A stretch of 64,000 bases of DNA from a virus. Shown here one piece after another: positions 8,065-17,164 of the stretch. The DNA is taken from the IMG/VR virus record IMGVR_UViG_3300002461_001027, positions 8,637-72,636 of that record, one strand, 5' to 3'. A program made the position numbers and the translations under genes. Each line of letters begins with the position of its first letter. Within the stretch, counting starts at the first letter, position 1. A model generated the notes under the pieces. It saw only the letters and a program-made list of their open reading frames with translations. It did no database searches and had not been told where the DNA came from.

Positions 8065-9159
8065 TTACCTCGAAGGGAAGGCGCTGCGAATGGAACCGAT
8101 GACCTGCAGCGCGACGAGCGCACCGAGGCCGATGGCGCCGTACTTGGCGACGGCTGTCCAGTCGGTCGCCTTCGACGTCGCGCCCTCGATGGCCGCGATG
8201 CAGGCCGCGTCGCTCAGCGTGCCCTTCTGGCACGCCGCGATGGCCGCGTTGCGCGAGTTCGTCTCGACGACCTTGGCGACCTGACTGGCCATGTACGCGA
8301 AGATGCCCGCCGCGAGGATGCCCGCGCCGACAGCCCCGATGAGCGCCACCGGAGCGCCGAGGCCCGCGAGCCCGCTGTCCTTCATGTAGCCCTGCTGGAT
8401 GAGCTGCTGCGCGGCGTCACCGACGGTCTTCTCCTGCAGGAACTTCGCGACCATGGTGAAGACACCGCCATCGCCACCGGAGCGCACGTACTTGTAGTCC
8501 GGCAGCGTCACCTTGCCGATGAGGCGCTCGCGCACCACCGGCAGGAGGAACGCGTAGAACTTGGCCGTGTTCGTCTGGCCCCACGACTTCTGCTGCTCGG
8601 TGCGCAGCTGCGACAGCTGCGAGTTCGCGGGGTCCAGCTTCGCGAGCGACTCGATGTAGTGGTACGCCTTCGCGTTCGACCGCTCGTCCGCGAGAATCTT
8701 GTTGACGAAGTCCTGCAGCACGTCGCCGGGCACGATGCCGTTCGCGATGTCGTTCGCCAGCTTCTGCACCGGGCCCAGCTGGATCGCCGCGAGCCCGCGC
8801 AGTGCGTTGCCCATGCGCTGGTCGGTCTTCGAGCAGTTGCATCCGAGCCCGGCGAGCGACGCGATCTCCCCCCGAGAGAACGCGGCGCTCTTCGGGTTGA
8901 GCGTGCCCACGGTCACGATGGTGCCCTGCGGCACCTTGCCCTCCCAGCCCTTGTTCGTGAGCTGGGGCGCGGCCACCTTCGGCAGCGCGAGCGGCACCAC
9001 CTTGCGGCGGCTCTGGCCGTAGCCCGCCGACGGGTACCCGACGCCCTCGTAGGCGGGGTTCCCGTAGGGCTCCAGCTGGCTCTTCGGCCACGGCTCGAAC
9101 AGCGTGCTCTGCGAGGGCACGGCGGCCGACCGGGGGATGCAGTTGCGCTTGTTCGCCAT
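8065..9159 (-). CDS. putative virion membrane protein (2 TM segments)
   Basis: PVALIGAVGAGILAAGIFAYM and YGAIGLGALVALQVIG hydrophobic segments. Confidence 0.65.
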   Translation of the reverse strand: MANKRNCIPRSAAVPSQSTLFEPWPKSQLEPYGNPAYEGVGYPSAGYGQSRRKVVPLALPKVAAPQLTNKGWEGKVPQGTIVTVGTLNPKSAAFSRGEIASLAGLGCNCSKTDQRMGNALRGLAAIQLGPVQKLANDIANGIVPGDVLQDFVNKILADERSNAKAYHYIESLAKLDPANSQLSQLRTEQQKSWGQTNTAKFYAFLLPVVRERLIGKVTLPDYKYVRSGGDGGVFTMVAKFLQEKTVGDAAQQLIQQGYMKDSGLAGLGAPVALIGAVGAGILAAGIFAYMASQVAKVVETNSRNAAIAACQKGTLSDAACIAAIEGATSKATDWTAVAKYGAIGLGALVALQVIGSIRSAFPSR

Positions 9160-9172
9160 GGTCGAGGTCTCC

Positions 9173-9871
9173 TTACTTCGAGCTGCGCTTCGTCTTCCGG
9201 CGCGACTTGCGGCGCTTCTTGCCGACGCCGTTGAGCTTCACCGTCGACGCCGGGCTCGCCAGCTTCGTGGGACGGCCCTGCGTTGCCACGTAGACGCCGT
9301 ACAGCAGGGCGCTGCCGAGGAGGAGCCCACCACCCACGACGACCATCATCGGGTCGACGCGGAGGATGTTCGCCACCGGCCGCACGAGGTTGTGCAGCCG
9401 GTCCATGACGCTCAGCCCGGGAGTCATGACTTCGTTGGGGATGACCAGCTGGTCACCCGGCTTCGGCTGCCCGGTCGACACGATGAGACCCGGCACCGCG
9501 TTCGACGCGGGCATCGAGCGCGCCACGGCGATCTGCTTCAGGTCGTTCGGGGTCGCGTCGATGATGCCGGACTGGTTCATCGACGTGATGCGCGCGTCGA
9601 GGGCGTTGTCGTAGATGCCCGTCTGGGCCATCCCGAGCTTCGCCTGCACCGCGCGCACCGCTGCCTCGGTGCCGGAGCCGAAGATGCCGTCCGGCGTCAG
9701 CTTGTAGCCGAAGCTGTTGAGCAGGGCCTGCATGCGGCGCACGCTCTCGCCCTGCGTGCCCTTCGACAGGGGTCCGCCGCCGGTGGCGAACACCCCGTTC
9801 GAGGTCGTCTGGCCGAGGCCAGAGAGCGCCCGGGGAAGCTCGCCGTCACTGATGTCGCTGATCATCACCAT
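9173..9871 (-). CDS. peptidoglycan-binding-domain membrane protein with basic tail
   Basis: LSKGTQGESVRRMQALL...DGIFGSGTEAAVRAVQ (PG_binding_1), TM, KKRRKSRRKTKR tail. Confidence 0.8.
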   Translation of the reverse strand: MVMISDISDGELPRALSGLGQTTSNGVFATGGGPLSKGTQGESVRRMQALLNSFGYKLTPDGIFGSGTEAAVRAVQAKLGMAQTGIYDNALDARITSMNQSGIIDATPNDLKQIAVARSMPASNAVPGLIVSTGQPKPGDQLVIPNEVMTPGLSVMDRLHNLVRPVANILRVDPMMVVVGGGLLLGSALLYGVYVATQGRPTKLASPASTVKLNGVGKKRRKSRRKTKRSSK

Positions 9872-9907
9872 GGGTTCTTGTCCTCGAAGTTCTGAGTGCG
9901 GAAAGGG

Positions 9908-10690
9908 TCACTTCTTCTTGCGGCGCGACGCGCGGCGCTTCTTCTTCTTCGCCGGGCGCCGCTCGTGGAGCCCCGCGATGGCCATCGAGGGCGACGCCGC
10001 GCCCATGATGACGTTGTAGCCGATGAGGGCCACGCCGAGCGCCGCGACGCCGCCACCGATGGCGATGACCATCGGCGGCACGTTCAGCCGCTGCGCGAGC
10101 CGCTGGAGCAGCGTCATCGGCTGGCCGGGCATGTACCCACCGCCCGACGGCATGTCGCCGCCCGGGACGCCGGTGCCGTCCTCCGAGACCGTGGGCATCG
10201 TCTGCGACTGCGGCGCCACGGGCACCATGGCCGAGCCCGCCGCCGTGCCCGCCTGCAGGCGCAGCCGCGCGTTCTCCTCGGCCGTCGCCGCCCGGACGAA
10301 GGCGCCGCCCGCGCGCTGGATGGAGGCGATGTCCTCGGGCGTCGCGTTCGCGACGACGCGGAACTGCGAGTTGTAGACGCTGGAGAGGCCCTGCGTCCAC
10401 ACGCCCGGGGGGCCGACGGACGCCGCCGGGGCGCCCGACTGCACGAACTTCTGCTGCACGAGCTTCACCGCCGCCTCGGTCTGCGGCCCGAAGATGCCGT
10501 CGGGCTGCACCGGGAGGCCGATGTCCGCGAGCAGCTGCTGAACGGCGCGCGCCGCGCTCGTCTTGTCGCCTCTCTTGGCGATGACGGTCTGCTCGAACGG
10601 CGTCGCGCAGTCGATGCAGCCGGTCGGGATGCCGTAGTCGAGCGTCGACTCCTTCGCGGCGCCGAGGCCCTGCATGTTGGAGAGCTTCAT
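9908..10690 (-). CDS. peptidoglycan-binding-domain membrane protein with basic tail (paralog of 9173..9871)
   Basis: ARAVQQLL...DGIFGPQTEAAVKLVQ, TM VIAIGGGVAALGVALIGY, KKKKRRASRRKKK. Confidence 0.8.
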   Translation of the reverse strand: MKLSNMQGLGAAKESTLDYGIPTGCIDCATPFEQTVIAKRGDKTSAARAVQQLLADIGLPVQPDGIFGPQTEAAVKLVQQKFVQSGAPAASVGPPGVWTQGLSSVYNSQFRVVANATPEDIASIQRAGGAFVRAATAEENARLRLQAGTAAGSAMVPVAPQSQTMPTVSEDGTGVPGGDMPSGGGYMPGQPMTLLQRLAQRLNVPPMVIAIGGGVAALGVALIGYNVIMGAASPSMAIAGLHERRPAKKKKRRASRRKKK

Positions 10691-10692
10691 GT

Positions 10693-11331
10693 TCAGCGCA
10701 CCTCGCGGCTGACGTAGACGCCCGAGAGCGACACGCCGTAGATGGTGGACACGGACGAGTAGACGTTGGCCGTGTTCTGCAGGTTGAACTGCGCCTGCAG
10801 CGTCATGTTGTGCGGGATGATGAAGCCCGGCACCGCGTCCGGCTGGAACCGCATCGACTCACCGCCAACCATCGGCGAGATGTCGGCGAGCGAGATGCCC
10901 TCGTTCTCGGTGATGGGCACCTTCGAGTCCTTGTTGAGGAGCGTCAGGCGGCAGTTCTGCGCCTTCGCGAGGAGGATGTCCGCGACCGAGGTGTTGCCCG
11001 CGAGCGAGCCGCCGAGCTGCGCGACCGCCGCCTGCGACGTGAGGTCAGGCAGCGAGACGAAGCCCCGGATGCTGTGCACGAGGAAGTCTTCGTTCTGCGC
11101 GACGCGGAAGTCGGCCGAGCCCGCCGCCGCCGTCTGGTCGGACGAGAGGGTGATGACGCTGGGCCGGTACCGCAGGCCGCGCTGCTCGTCGAACGCGCGC
11201 ATGTAGCGCTTGGCCTCGAAGTAGAAGGCCGCGATGCCACCGCCCGCCGACTGGCGGAGGTGCGCGTTCATCTCGTCGAGCTTGCCGAAGAACTGCTGGA
11301 TGACGGGGAGGGCTTCCTTGAGGCTGGCCAT
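10693..11331 (-). CDS. putative single-jelly-roll capsid protein (second/minor type)
   Basis: 212 aa, alternating beta-strand patterns (DFLVHSIRGFV, RLTLL, FIIPHNMTLQAQF, YGVSLSGVYV), sits in the structural module; fold is inferred. Confidence 0.5.
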   Translation of the reverse strand: MASLKEALPVIQQFFGKLDEMNAHLRQSAGGGIAAFYFEAKRYMRAFDEQRGLRYRPSVITLSSDQTAAAGSADFRVAQNEDFLVHSIRGFVSLPDLTSQAAVAQLGGSLAGNTSVADILLAKAQNCRLTLLNKDSKVPITENEGISLADISPMVGGESMRFQPDAVPGFIIPHNMTLQAQFNLQNTANVYSSVSTIYGVSLSGVYVSREVR

Positions 11332-11473
11332 GTGCTGTGTCTCCTGATGGAGGCCGCCTTCTTCTGTCGGGCGGCGCCGCGTGGGCGTTTGTGTTGGTCG
11401 TGCGAGATTGCCGACTTCGTTCAGCCTCTCAGACGCCTACAGACAGCGCAAGAGGGAGTCATGACTCCCGAAG

Positions 11474-12235
11474 CTACTTCCGCAGGTACGCGGCCAGTTT
11501 CTCGACAGTCTCCGGGTCGTCCTTCAACAGGCCAGCGGCGACGTTGCAGTTGCGGCAGAGCAAGCCGCGCACGGCTCCGGTCATGTGGTTGTGGTCGACA
11601 CGCGGCGTGTTCGTCTCGGTGAACTCGCTCGTGCAGACAGCGCAGTGGTTGCTCTGCTCCTCGACGAGTCGAGCGCGACACTTCCGGCCTTGGTCTCGGT
11701 CCCAGCGATGGTGGGTCTCGCAGAAGGGGCAGATGGCGGGCTTGAAGTTCTCGTCCCACTTGTACGCGGTGTAGCTGTCGATGGAGAAGCGCGTGCGGAA
11801 ACAGCCCCACGTGCCGCCTCCACCTTTGTACGGGCGCCACACCAGCTTGATGGGCCCGCAGAGGCTGCAGACACCTGTCTTAGCGTCTTCGTTGACGTCG
11901 CTGATCTGGTGCGTCGTAGGCGCGCCACCAATGCCGCGTTCAGCTGGGCGGCGGCCACAGGCCCAATTCTGCCCCTGCCGCGCCCGAGTCCCCTTTGCCT
12001 CGTAGATGCGCACCGGGCCGCAACGCGCGCACGTCGCTGTTCGCTTGGCCTCATCCACGCCGCTCAGCGTGTGCTGCAGAGCTGCACCCCTGTTGTCCCG
12101 AACCTTCACGACACGCGCAGTGCAGCGCCACTGGCCGTCGCGGAGGAACAGACGAACGCGCCCGGCGCATGCCGAGCAATTACCAGTCTTCGCCTGCGGA
12201 TCTACTTCCGACACCACGTGCAGCGTGCGAGTCAC
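11474..12235 (-). CDS. endonuclease VII-family (homing) endonuclease with three N-terminal Zn-finger-like repeats
   Basis: RVDHNHMTGAVRGLLCRNCN...LLKDD...YL; three H..S.V...AKT..C..C repeats. Confidence 0.85.
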   Translation of the reverse strand: MTRTLHVVSEVDPQAKTGNCSACAGRVRLFLRDGQWRCTARVVKVRDNRGAALQHTLSGVDEAKRTATCARCGPVRIYEAKGTRARQGQNWACGRRPAERGIGGAPTTHQISDVNEDAKTGVCSLCGPIKLVWRPYKGGGGTWGCFRTRFSIDSYTAYKWDENFKPAICPFCETHHRWDRDQGRKCRARLVEEQSNHCAVCTSEFTETNTPRVDHNHMTGAVRGLLCRNCNVAAGLLKDDPETVEKLAAYLRK

Positions 12236-12336
12236 GACTCACCCCAGAAAGACAACTGCCCAGCGCGAAATGCGCCGGGCAGCTGACTTCTAGCTGTTGC
12301 GAAGAACCTTCGCAACAACTCTCCTGCACGAGAAGC

Positions 12337-12984
12337 TCAGGAGCCGAGCGGTCTCGTGATGATGCCGTGCAGGAGCACGGTGGCGAGGATCGACGCCTGC
12401 CCCGCCTTGTTGCCGACGATGGTCGGCTGGGTGGTGCTCGACCACGCCGAGTTCGAGCCGATCTCGATGCGGCAGTTCAGGTCGATCTTGTCGGAGATGT
12501 CCGACTCTTCGCGCAGGCGGGGCGCGGCGGCCTGCGACGCGATGCCGTTGCTGAGCACCGTGAAGTCGTTGGCCGTCGAGACGCCGGTGAGGCCGAGGCC
12601 GCTCGCGTACACGAGCAGCGGGCCCTCGGCGATGAGGTTGGTCTGGCCGAGCGTGAAGCGCAGCGAGGCCATCTCGTACAGGCAGAGGACGTCGTCCTCG
12701 TCCGGGCGCGCCGTGATGTCCCACTGGCGCACGTGCACGCCGAGCCGCTGCAGCTTGAGCTTGGCGTAGCTCGGGATGCGCTTGGTCTGCGTGAGGTTGG
12801 TGAACTGCAGGTCCTTGTGGTTCTGGTCCTTGAAGGGCAGCTTCGCCTGCCCGACCGCGAACGTGGTGAACTCGACCGTGTCGTAGAAGTCGCCTTCGTA
12901 CTGCTGGTCCTGCTGGACCACCGAGCCGGTGGAGGGGATGTAGAGACGACCGGGCTGCTCGGGAACGGGAACGGCAGAAGCCAT
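12337..12984 (-). CDS. putative single-jelly-roll major capsid protein
   Basis: 215 aa, FYDTVEF...F...TNLTQ..RIP....L.L.RLGV pattern, beta-rich C-terminus ILATVLLHGIITRP; strong RBS and upstream stable hairpin; fold is inferred. Confidence 0.55.
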   Translation of the reverse strand: MASAVPVPEQPGRLYIPSTGSVVQQDQQYEGDFYDTVEFTTFAVGQAKLPFKDQNHKDLQFTNLTQTKRIPSYAKLKLQRLGVHVRQWDITARPDEDDVLCLYEMASLRFTLGQTNLIAEGPLLVYASGLGLTGVSTANDFTVLSNGIASQAAAPRLREESDISDKIDLNCRIEIGSNSAWSSTTQPTIVGNKAGQASILATVLLHGIITRPLGS

Positions 12985-13003
12985 GTTGCTGTCCTTTTGC
13001 TGT

Positions 13004-13019
13004 GAGGGCCGTAGCCCTC
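13004..13019 (-). promoter_or_regulatory. C(UACG)G tetraloop hairpin just 5' of the putative major capsid gene RBS
   Basis: GAGGGC-TACG-GCCCTC on the minus strand about 20 nt upstream of ATG 12984. Confidence 0.45.
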
Positions 13020-13128
13020 GGGGTTGAACTGCGGAGCTGCGTTGAAGAGAGGTGCTACGAGCTGCGGTGCTGCGGAGATTGCCTTGCGCCCGTCATCCTG
13101 ACCGGGCGGTGATCGCGTCGGTGGTGGT

Positions 13129-13716
13129 TCAGCTCAGCGCGGCGAGGTAGCCGTCGCGCCCGTTCATGCCGGGCATCGGCTGCAGGTCGTTGACCTGCAC
13201 GTCGCCCGCCTGCCCGAGGCCGTTGGTCTGGCCGGGCATCGCGCGGAAGTCGTTCACGTCGAGGCCGTCGGTCTGGCCGGGCACCGGGCGGTAGTCGCTG
13301 ACGGTGATGTCGTTGTCGATGGCGCCCATGCCGAGGAGCAGGTCGCGGTCGCTCACCTGCCCGAGGCCCTCGATGCCCGCCTTCGCCGCGAGGATGCGCA
13401 CGCCGCGCACGACGCCCCAGCCCGCGAGGCCGGTCGCGATGCCCGCGCCGACGCCCTTGAGCAGCTGCGAGCCGCCGCCGAAGCGCGAGGTCGCGATGCC
13501 CGCCGCCGCGCCGAGGCCGATGGCGAGGCCCGCCTTCACGGCGTCGCTCTGCTCGCGGACCCACGGGGCCTTGGTGAAGAGGTACTCGCCGCCGATGACG
13601 GCGGCACCAGCGGAGAGGCCCATCACGGCGACGTCCTTGAGGTCGTCGGTGAGACCAGCGATGCCGAACAGCGAGTCGATGTCGGCGGCGAGACCATCCA
13701 GTTCCATCATGTTCAT
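13129..13716 (-). CDS. putative virion membrane protein, Gly-rich TM helices plus three C-terminal repeats
   Basis: AGGAG RBS; three hydrophobic Gly/Ala helices; repeats VSDYRPVPGQTDGL / VNDFRAMPGQTNGL / VNDLQPMPGMNG. Confidence 0.7.
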   Translation of the reverse strand: MNMMELDGLAADIDSLFGIAGLTDDLKDVAVMGLSAGAAVIGGEYLFTKAPWVREQSDAVKAGLAIGLGAAAGIATSRFGGGSQLLKGVGAGIATGLAGWGVVRGVRILAAKAGIEGLGQVSDRDLLLGMGAIDNDITVSDYRPVPGQTDGLDVNDFRAMPGQTNGLGQAGDVQVNDLQPMPGMNGRDGYLAALS

Positions 13717-13748
13717 GTGCGTTGCTCCTGACTGCGCGTTGGACTGCG

Positions 13749-13794
13749 AAAAACAAAAAGCCCACGGCGCTGCGCTTGGCAGAACCGTGGGCTT
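13749..13794 (-). terminator. Rho-independent terminator
   Basis: AAGCCCACGG...CCGTGGGCTT stem followed by TTTGTTTTT on the minus strand. Confidence 0.65.
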
Positions 13795-13925
13795 GTTCAC
13801 CCTCGTGGTCGGCTTCCGGGAGTGGGAGTCATGACTCTTTTGGTCATGCACCCCGGGAGGCGATATGTGCTTCGACACGTGAAGCATCTGGGACCTGCCC
13901 AGAGCTTGTCAAGCCCCTTCCGACG

Positions 13926-14765
13926 TCAGCGCCTGTTCAAGAGGCCAGAGAAGCTCCCGGGGGGCACCCGGACGCCCGGCGCCCAACGAGAGTGCCCCTG
14001 CAGTCCGCCGAGCCCGCGCCGCTTCTTGGGCTTCGACTGCTCCTCCGCCCACGCGATGATGTCCTCCCACGAGTCCAGCTCCAGTTCACCGTCGTCCGTA
14101 GCGATGGTGCCTCCGCCACCGTGCTTCTGCACGTTCCACACGGGCACCGCGTTGTATGCGCCGCAGATGTCGAAGAGAACCTGCTGCTCGTTGTCGCCGT
14201 CGTGGTGCGCCTCGACGGCGGTGTCGTGCTGGAAAAAGACGGCGTTGCGCCCGTACTTGTGGCCGCGTCCGTCGAACAGCATGCGCCACTTCCGGTCATC
14301 GGCGCGAAACGAGAAGCCGAAGAGTGGCTCACGCTCCCCGGGGTCTCGGTCGCAGCGGGCTTCGTTCTCTCGGCGCTTCGCGTCCGTAAAGTGGCGCGTA
14401 AGGCCCAGCTCGTACATGAGCGTGCCGTACTTGAACGTCGTAAACGGCGAGGCGTTGGTGAGGTGCACGAGCCACGTACCCGGAGGCACCGGCTTCGCGT
14501 CGTAGAAGAAGAGGTAGCTCGGAGCCTGCGGACCCAAGTCGTTCACCAGCTCCTCGTACCAGCGCGCCTTGTCCGCCATGAGCCACGCCGTGAACTCCTT
14601 TAGCTGGCGCGGGTTCATGTCCTCCGGTGAAGCGTCTTCGTGGCTGAGGTCGACCTCGTCGAACTCGTGCGCCCACTCTTCGATGGCGAACGCAAGGTCG
14701 TAGGGGTCGAGGTCGATGTTGAGGTAGTCGATGAGGCTCTTCTGCAGTCGCTGCGCAGGAGTCAT
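13926..14765 (-). CDS. hypothetical protein (279 aa)
   Basis: Globular-looking ORF; start lies in the palindrome at 14759, another copy about 90 bp past the stop. Confidence 0.7.
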   Translation of the reverse strand: MTPAQRLQKSLIDYLNIDLDPYDLAFAIEEWAHEFDEVDLSHEDASPEDMNPRQLKEFTAWLMADKARWYEELVNDLGPQAPSYLFFYDAKPVPPGTWLVHLTNASPFTTFKYGTLMYELGLTRHFTDAKRRENEARCDRDPGEREPLFGFSFRADDRKWRMLFDGRGHKYGRNAVFFQHDTAVEAHHDGDNEQQVLFDICGAYNAVPVWNVQKHGGGGTIATDDGELELDSWEDIIAWAEEQSKPKKRRGLGGLQGHSRWAPGVRVPPGSFSGLLNRR

Positions 14766-14768
14766 GAC

Positions 14769-14987
14769 TCAGCGCCTCGCAGTCTGCTGCTTGAGCTGCG
14801 GCAGCATGCGCACGGTCCAGCCGCGCGCCGTGTTCTCGTACTCTGTCGCGCGGTGGCACTTGGCGCAGTCGAGGACCCGGAAGATGCCGAGCCCGAGCGT
14901 GTGCACCTGCGCGACGACGTGGTTGCACTCCGGGTTGCCGCACCGAAGCGTGCCCATCACGTTCTGCGACGTGATCTGCCCACCCAT
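14769..14987 (-). CDS. small Zn-ribbon protein
   Basis: CGNPEC...CAKC. Confidence 0.5.
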   Translation of the reverse strand: MGGQITSQNVMGTLRCGNPECNHVVAQVHTLGLGIFRVLDCAKCHRATEYENTARGWTVRMLPQLKQQTARR

Positions 14988-15024
14988 CGACTCTTCGGCA
15001 AACCCAAGGGCCACAGAAAGCTCC

Positions 15025-15062
15025 AGAAGAAGAACGGCGCCCCGCGTTGTAGCAGGGCGCCG
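15025..15062 (-). terminator. possible terminator
   Basis: CGGCGCCC/GGGCGCCG stem with a TTCTTCTTCT tract on the minus strand after ORF 15074. Confidence 0.45.
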
Positions 15063-15073
15063 CCCGTTCGCAC

Positions 15074-15850
15074 TTACTTCTTGCTGCGGCGCTTGAAGCG
15101 CTTCGAGGCCTTCGAGCTGTTGTAGTTCTTCACCCAGCCCTTGCTGCCCTTCTTGCCGATGCGCTGAATGTCCTCGCGCACCGCCGCCGCTGCCGCCCGC
15201 TTCGCGAGCGACCGCGCCCGGGCCTGCTTGAGCGAGAACTCGCGCTTCTCCGCGAGGGTCTTCGCCCGAGCCTTCTCGTACTGCGTCGCCGTCGGGTACC
15301 GCCCCTTCGACGCCACGTACGCGTTGCCCTCGGCTTCGAGGCTCTGCATCGCGAGACGGCGCTGCGACGCGTTGAGCTTCACGACGACGCACTGGCCGGG
15401 CACTTCGGCCGCGCGCTTGCCGTGAGCGCCGACGAGACGACGAACGCCGTCCTTGTCGGTGCGCACGCCGAGTCCGGTGCCGAGCGCCTTCAGGAGCGCG
15501 CCGCCAGCTGCACGGACGTCCTTCGACTTCTGCACCTCGACCGACTTGCCGCTCTTGAGCTTCACCATCTCGCCCCGGTCCGGCACGCAGACCGACACGT
15601 AGCCAGAGCCGGTCGCCGGGCGCTTGGCGAGCGTCAGGTCACCGACCTTCAGCTCCTTGCCCGACGAGGTGATGTCGCACGTGCGCGAGCCCTTCTTGCC
15701 CTTGCAGGCACCACGGGCGACCTCTCCGCGCACGAAGCTGGCGACGACGCGCTTGGCGTCCTTGGACGGCGCCGTGCTTCCGGGAGCGGTCAGACGACCG
15801 AGCCCGGCGAGCACGCCACCGACCTTGCTGCTGTTTCCGAAGAGTCCCAT
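15074..15850 (-). CDS. Lys/Arg-rich basic protein, possible virion core protein
   Basis: Strongly basic composition; N-terminal VLAGLG motif. Confidence 0.6.
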   Translation of the reverse strand: MGLFGNSSKVGGVLAGLGRLTAPGSTAPSKDAKRVVASFVRGEVARGACKGKKGSRTCDITSSGKELKVGDLTLAKRPATGSGYVSVCVPDRGEMVKLKSGKSVEVQKSKDVRAAGGALLKALGTGLGVRTDKDGVRRLVGAHGKRAAEVPGQCVVVKLNASQRRLAMQSLEAEGNAYVASKGRYPTATQYEKARAKTLAEKREFSLKQARARSLAKRAAAAAVREDIQRIGKKGSKGWVKNYNSSKASKRFKRRSKK

Positions 15851-15875
15851 GGCAGGTGTCCTCGTCAGCAGGCGC

Positions 15876-16040
15876 TTACTTGTTCGCCCACTTGCAGAGG
15901 CCCGCCATCTTCTTGCGCTTGGCGGCCGAGACCTTCTTGCAGGTCTTGCGCATCATCGCCTTGCGGGCGGCGGTGCCCATCTTCGCGATGCCGCGCTTCT
16001 TGCCGGTGGAACGACGGGTCTTGCGGGAACGACGAGCCAT
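15876..16040 (-). CDS. protamine-like small basic protein (54 aa)
   Basis: MARRSRKTRRSTGKKRGIAKMG...KRKK; GAAGGAG RBS; no acidic residues. Confidence 0.7.
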   Translation of the reverse strand: MARRSRKTRRSTGKKRGIAKMGTAARKAMMRKTCKKVSAAKRKKMAGLCKWANK

Positions 16041-16139
16041 GGTGCTTCTCCTTCGATGCGGCTGGATGCCGCGTTGGTGGATCTCCAGCTTCGACGTTCG
16101 CGAGCTTGCCGTCAACGGGGAGTCATGACTCGACGCCGC

Positions 16140-16454
16140 TCAGCCGACCTTCCGCAGCACGTTCTTCGCGCGCTGCAGCCGGTTCTCCAGCGCGTGACAC
16201 GCGGCCGTCGTCTCGGGGCCCATGCTGCAGGTCTCACCGCAGAGGAAGAAGCCCTGCGACGTGGTCCAGCGCAGCGACATGCACGCCGACGCCTCGAACG
16301 CAGGCTGCGAGCTACGCCACCAGCAGCGGAAGATGGCCGCCGGGCCCGACTCGAACAGCGTGACGGACTCGATGGTCCAGTTGAAGCCGTCGCCCTTGCC
16401 GAAGCTGCTGGTCATGTGCTCCAGCAGCTTCAGGAACATCAACTCGCGGTTCAT
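16140..16454 (-). CDS. hypothetical protein
   Basis: ORF in operon. Confidence 0.55.
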   Translation of the reverse strand: MNRELMFLKLLEHMTSSFGKGDGFNWTIESVTLFESGPAAIFRCWWRSSQPAFEASACMSLRWTTSQGFFLCGETCSMGPETTAACHALENRLQRAKNVLRKVG

Positions 16455-16463
16455 GGTGGCCTC

Positions 16464-16667
16464 TCAGAAGTGGAAGACGCCGTACAGGATGGCGCCGACG
16501 GTGATGATGCCAATGGCGGCGATGAAGAGCACCTCGCGCGCCGCCTTCGATTCCAGCCGTTCCTGCTCTGCGTCCTGCTCCTGCATGATGGTCGCAGCCT
16601 GCTCCGGCGTCAGCTCGCCCTTCGCGACGCGCTGGTACAGCCTCACGATGCTCTGCTTGCGCTCCAT
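16464..16667 (-). CDS. small protein with C-terminal TM
   Basis: VLFIAAIGIITVGAILYGVFHF. Confidence 0.6.
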   Translation of the reverse strand: MERKQSIVRLYQRVAKGELTPEQAATIMQEQDAEQERLESKAAREVLFIAAIGIITVGAILYGVFHF

Positions 16668-17159
16668 TTACGCCCCCTTGGTGAGCGCGTACTCGTAACA
16701 GGTGTAGTCGTGCTCGTCGCGCGCTTCGTGCAGCGTCCACCCGTGACGCCGGGCGAGGCTGCGGTGGACGCGCAGCGCAGCGTCCGAGCCACAGCCGACG
16801 ACCTTCCGCACGCCGTAGCGCCGGTACACGTGCGCGAGCAGCACCTCGTACATGAGGACGCCGAGCCCGAGCCCGCGCAAGCTCTGGTTGATGTCCGCGT
16901 GCGGCGTGACGGTCTTGCTGCCTCGCACGCCGAGTATGCCCGTGACGTCGCCGACCCGGTCTTCGCCGTCGTACAACTCGACGACGACGGACTTGGCGCC
17001 CAAGCGACCGAAGTTCTTCTGCGTCACGCGCAACCAGTACCGGTCTCGGTCACGCTTGCGCACGAGCGCAGGCAGCAGCGATGAGTAGTCCGGCACGCTC
17101 CCGCGCTCAGCGTCGGGGATGTGCGGCAAGAACTCGCGCTGCAGCACGCCACCGAGCAT
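16668..17159 (-). CDS. GNAT-like acetyltransferase
   Basis: INQSLRGLGLGVLMYEVLL (acetyl-CoA-binding R/QxxGxG motif), SDAALRVHRSL. Confidence 0.55.
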   Translation of the reverse strand: MLGGVLQREFLPHIPDAERGSVPDYSSLLPALVRKRDRDRYWLRVTQKNFGRLGAKSVVVELYDGEDRVGDVTGILGVRGSKTVTPHADINQSLRGLGLGVLMYEVLLAHVYRRYGVRKVVGCGSDAALRVHRSLARRHGWTLHEARDEHDYTCYEYALTKGA

Positions 17160-17164
17160 GACGG

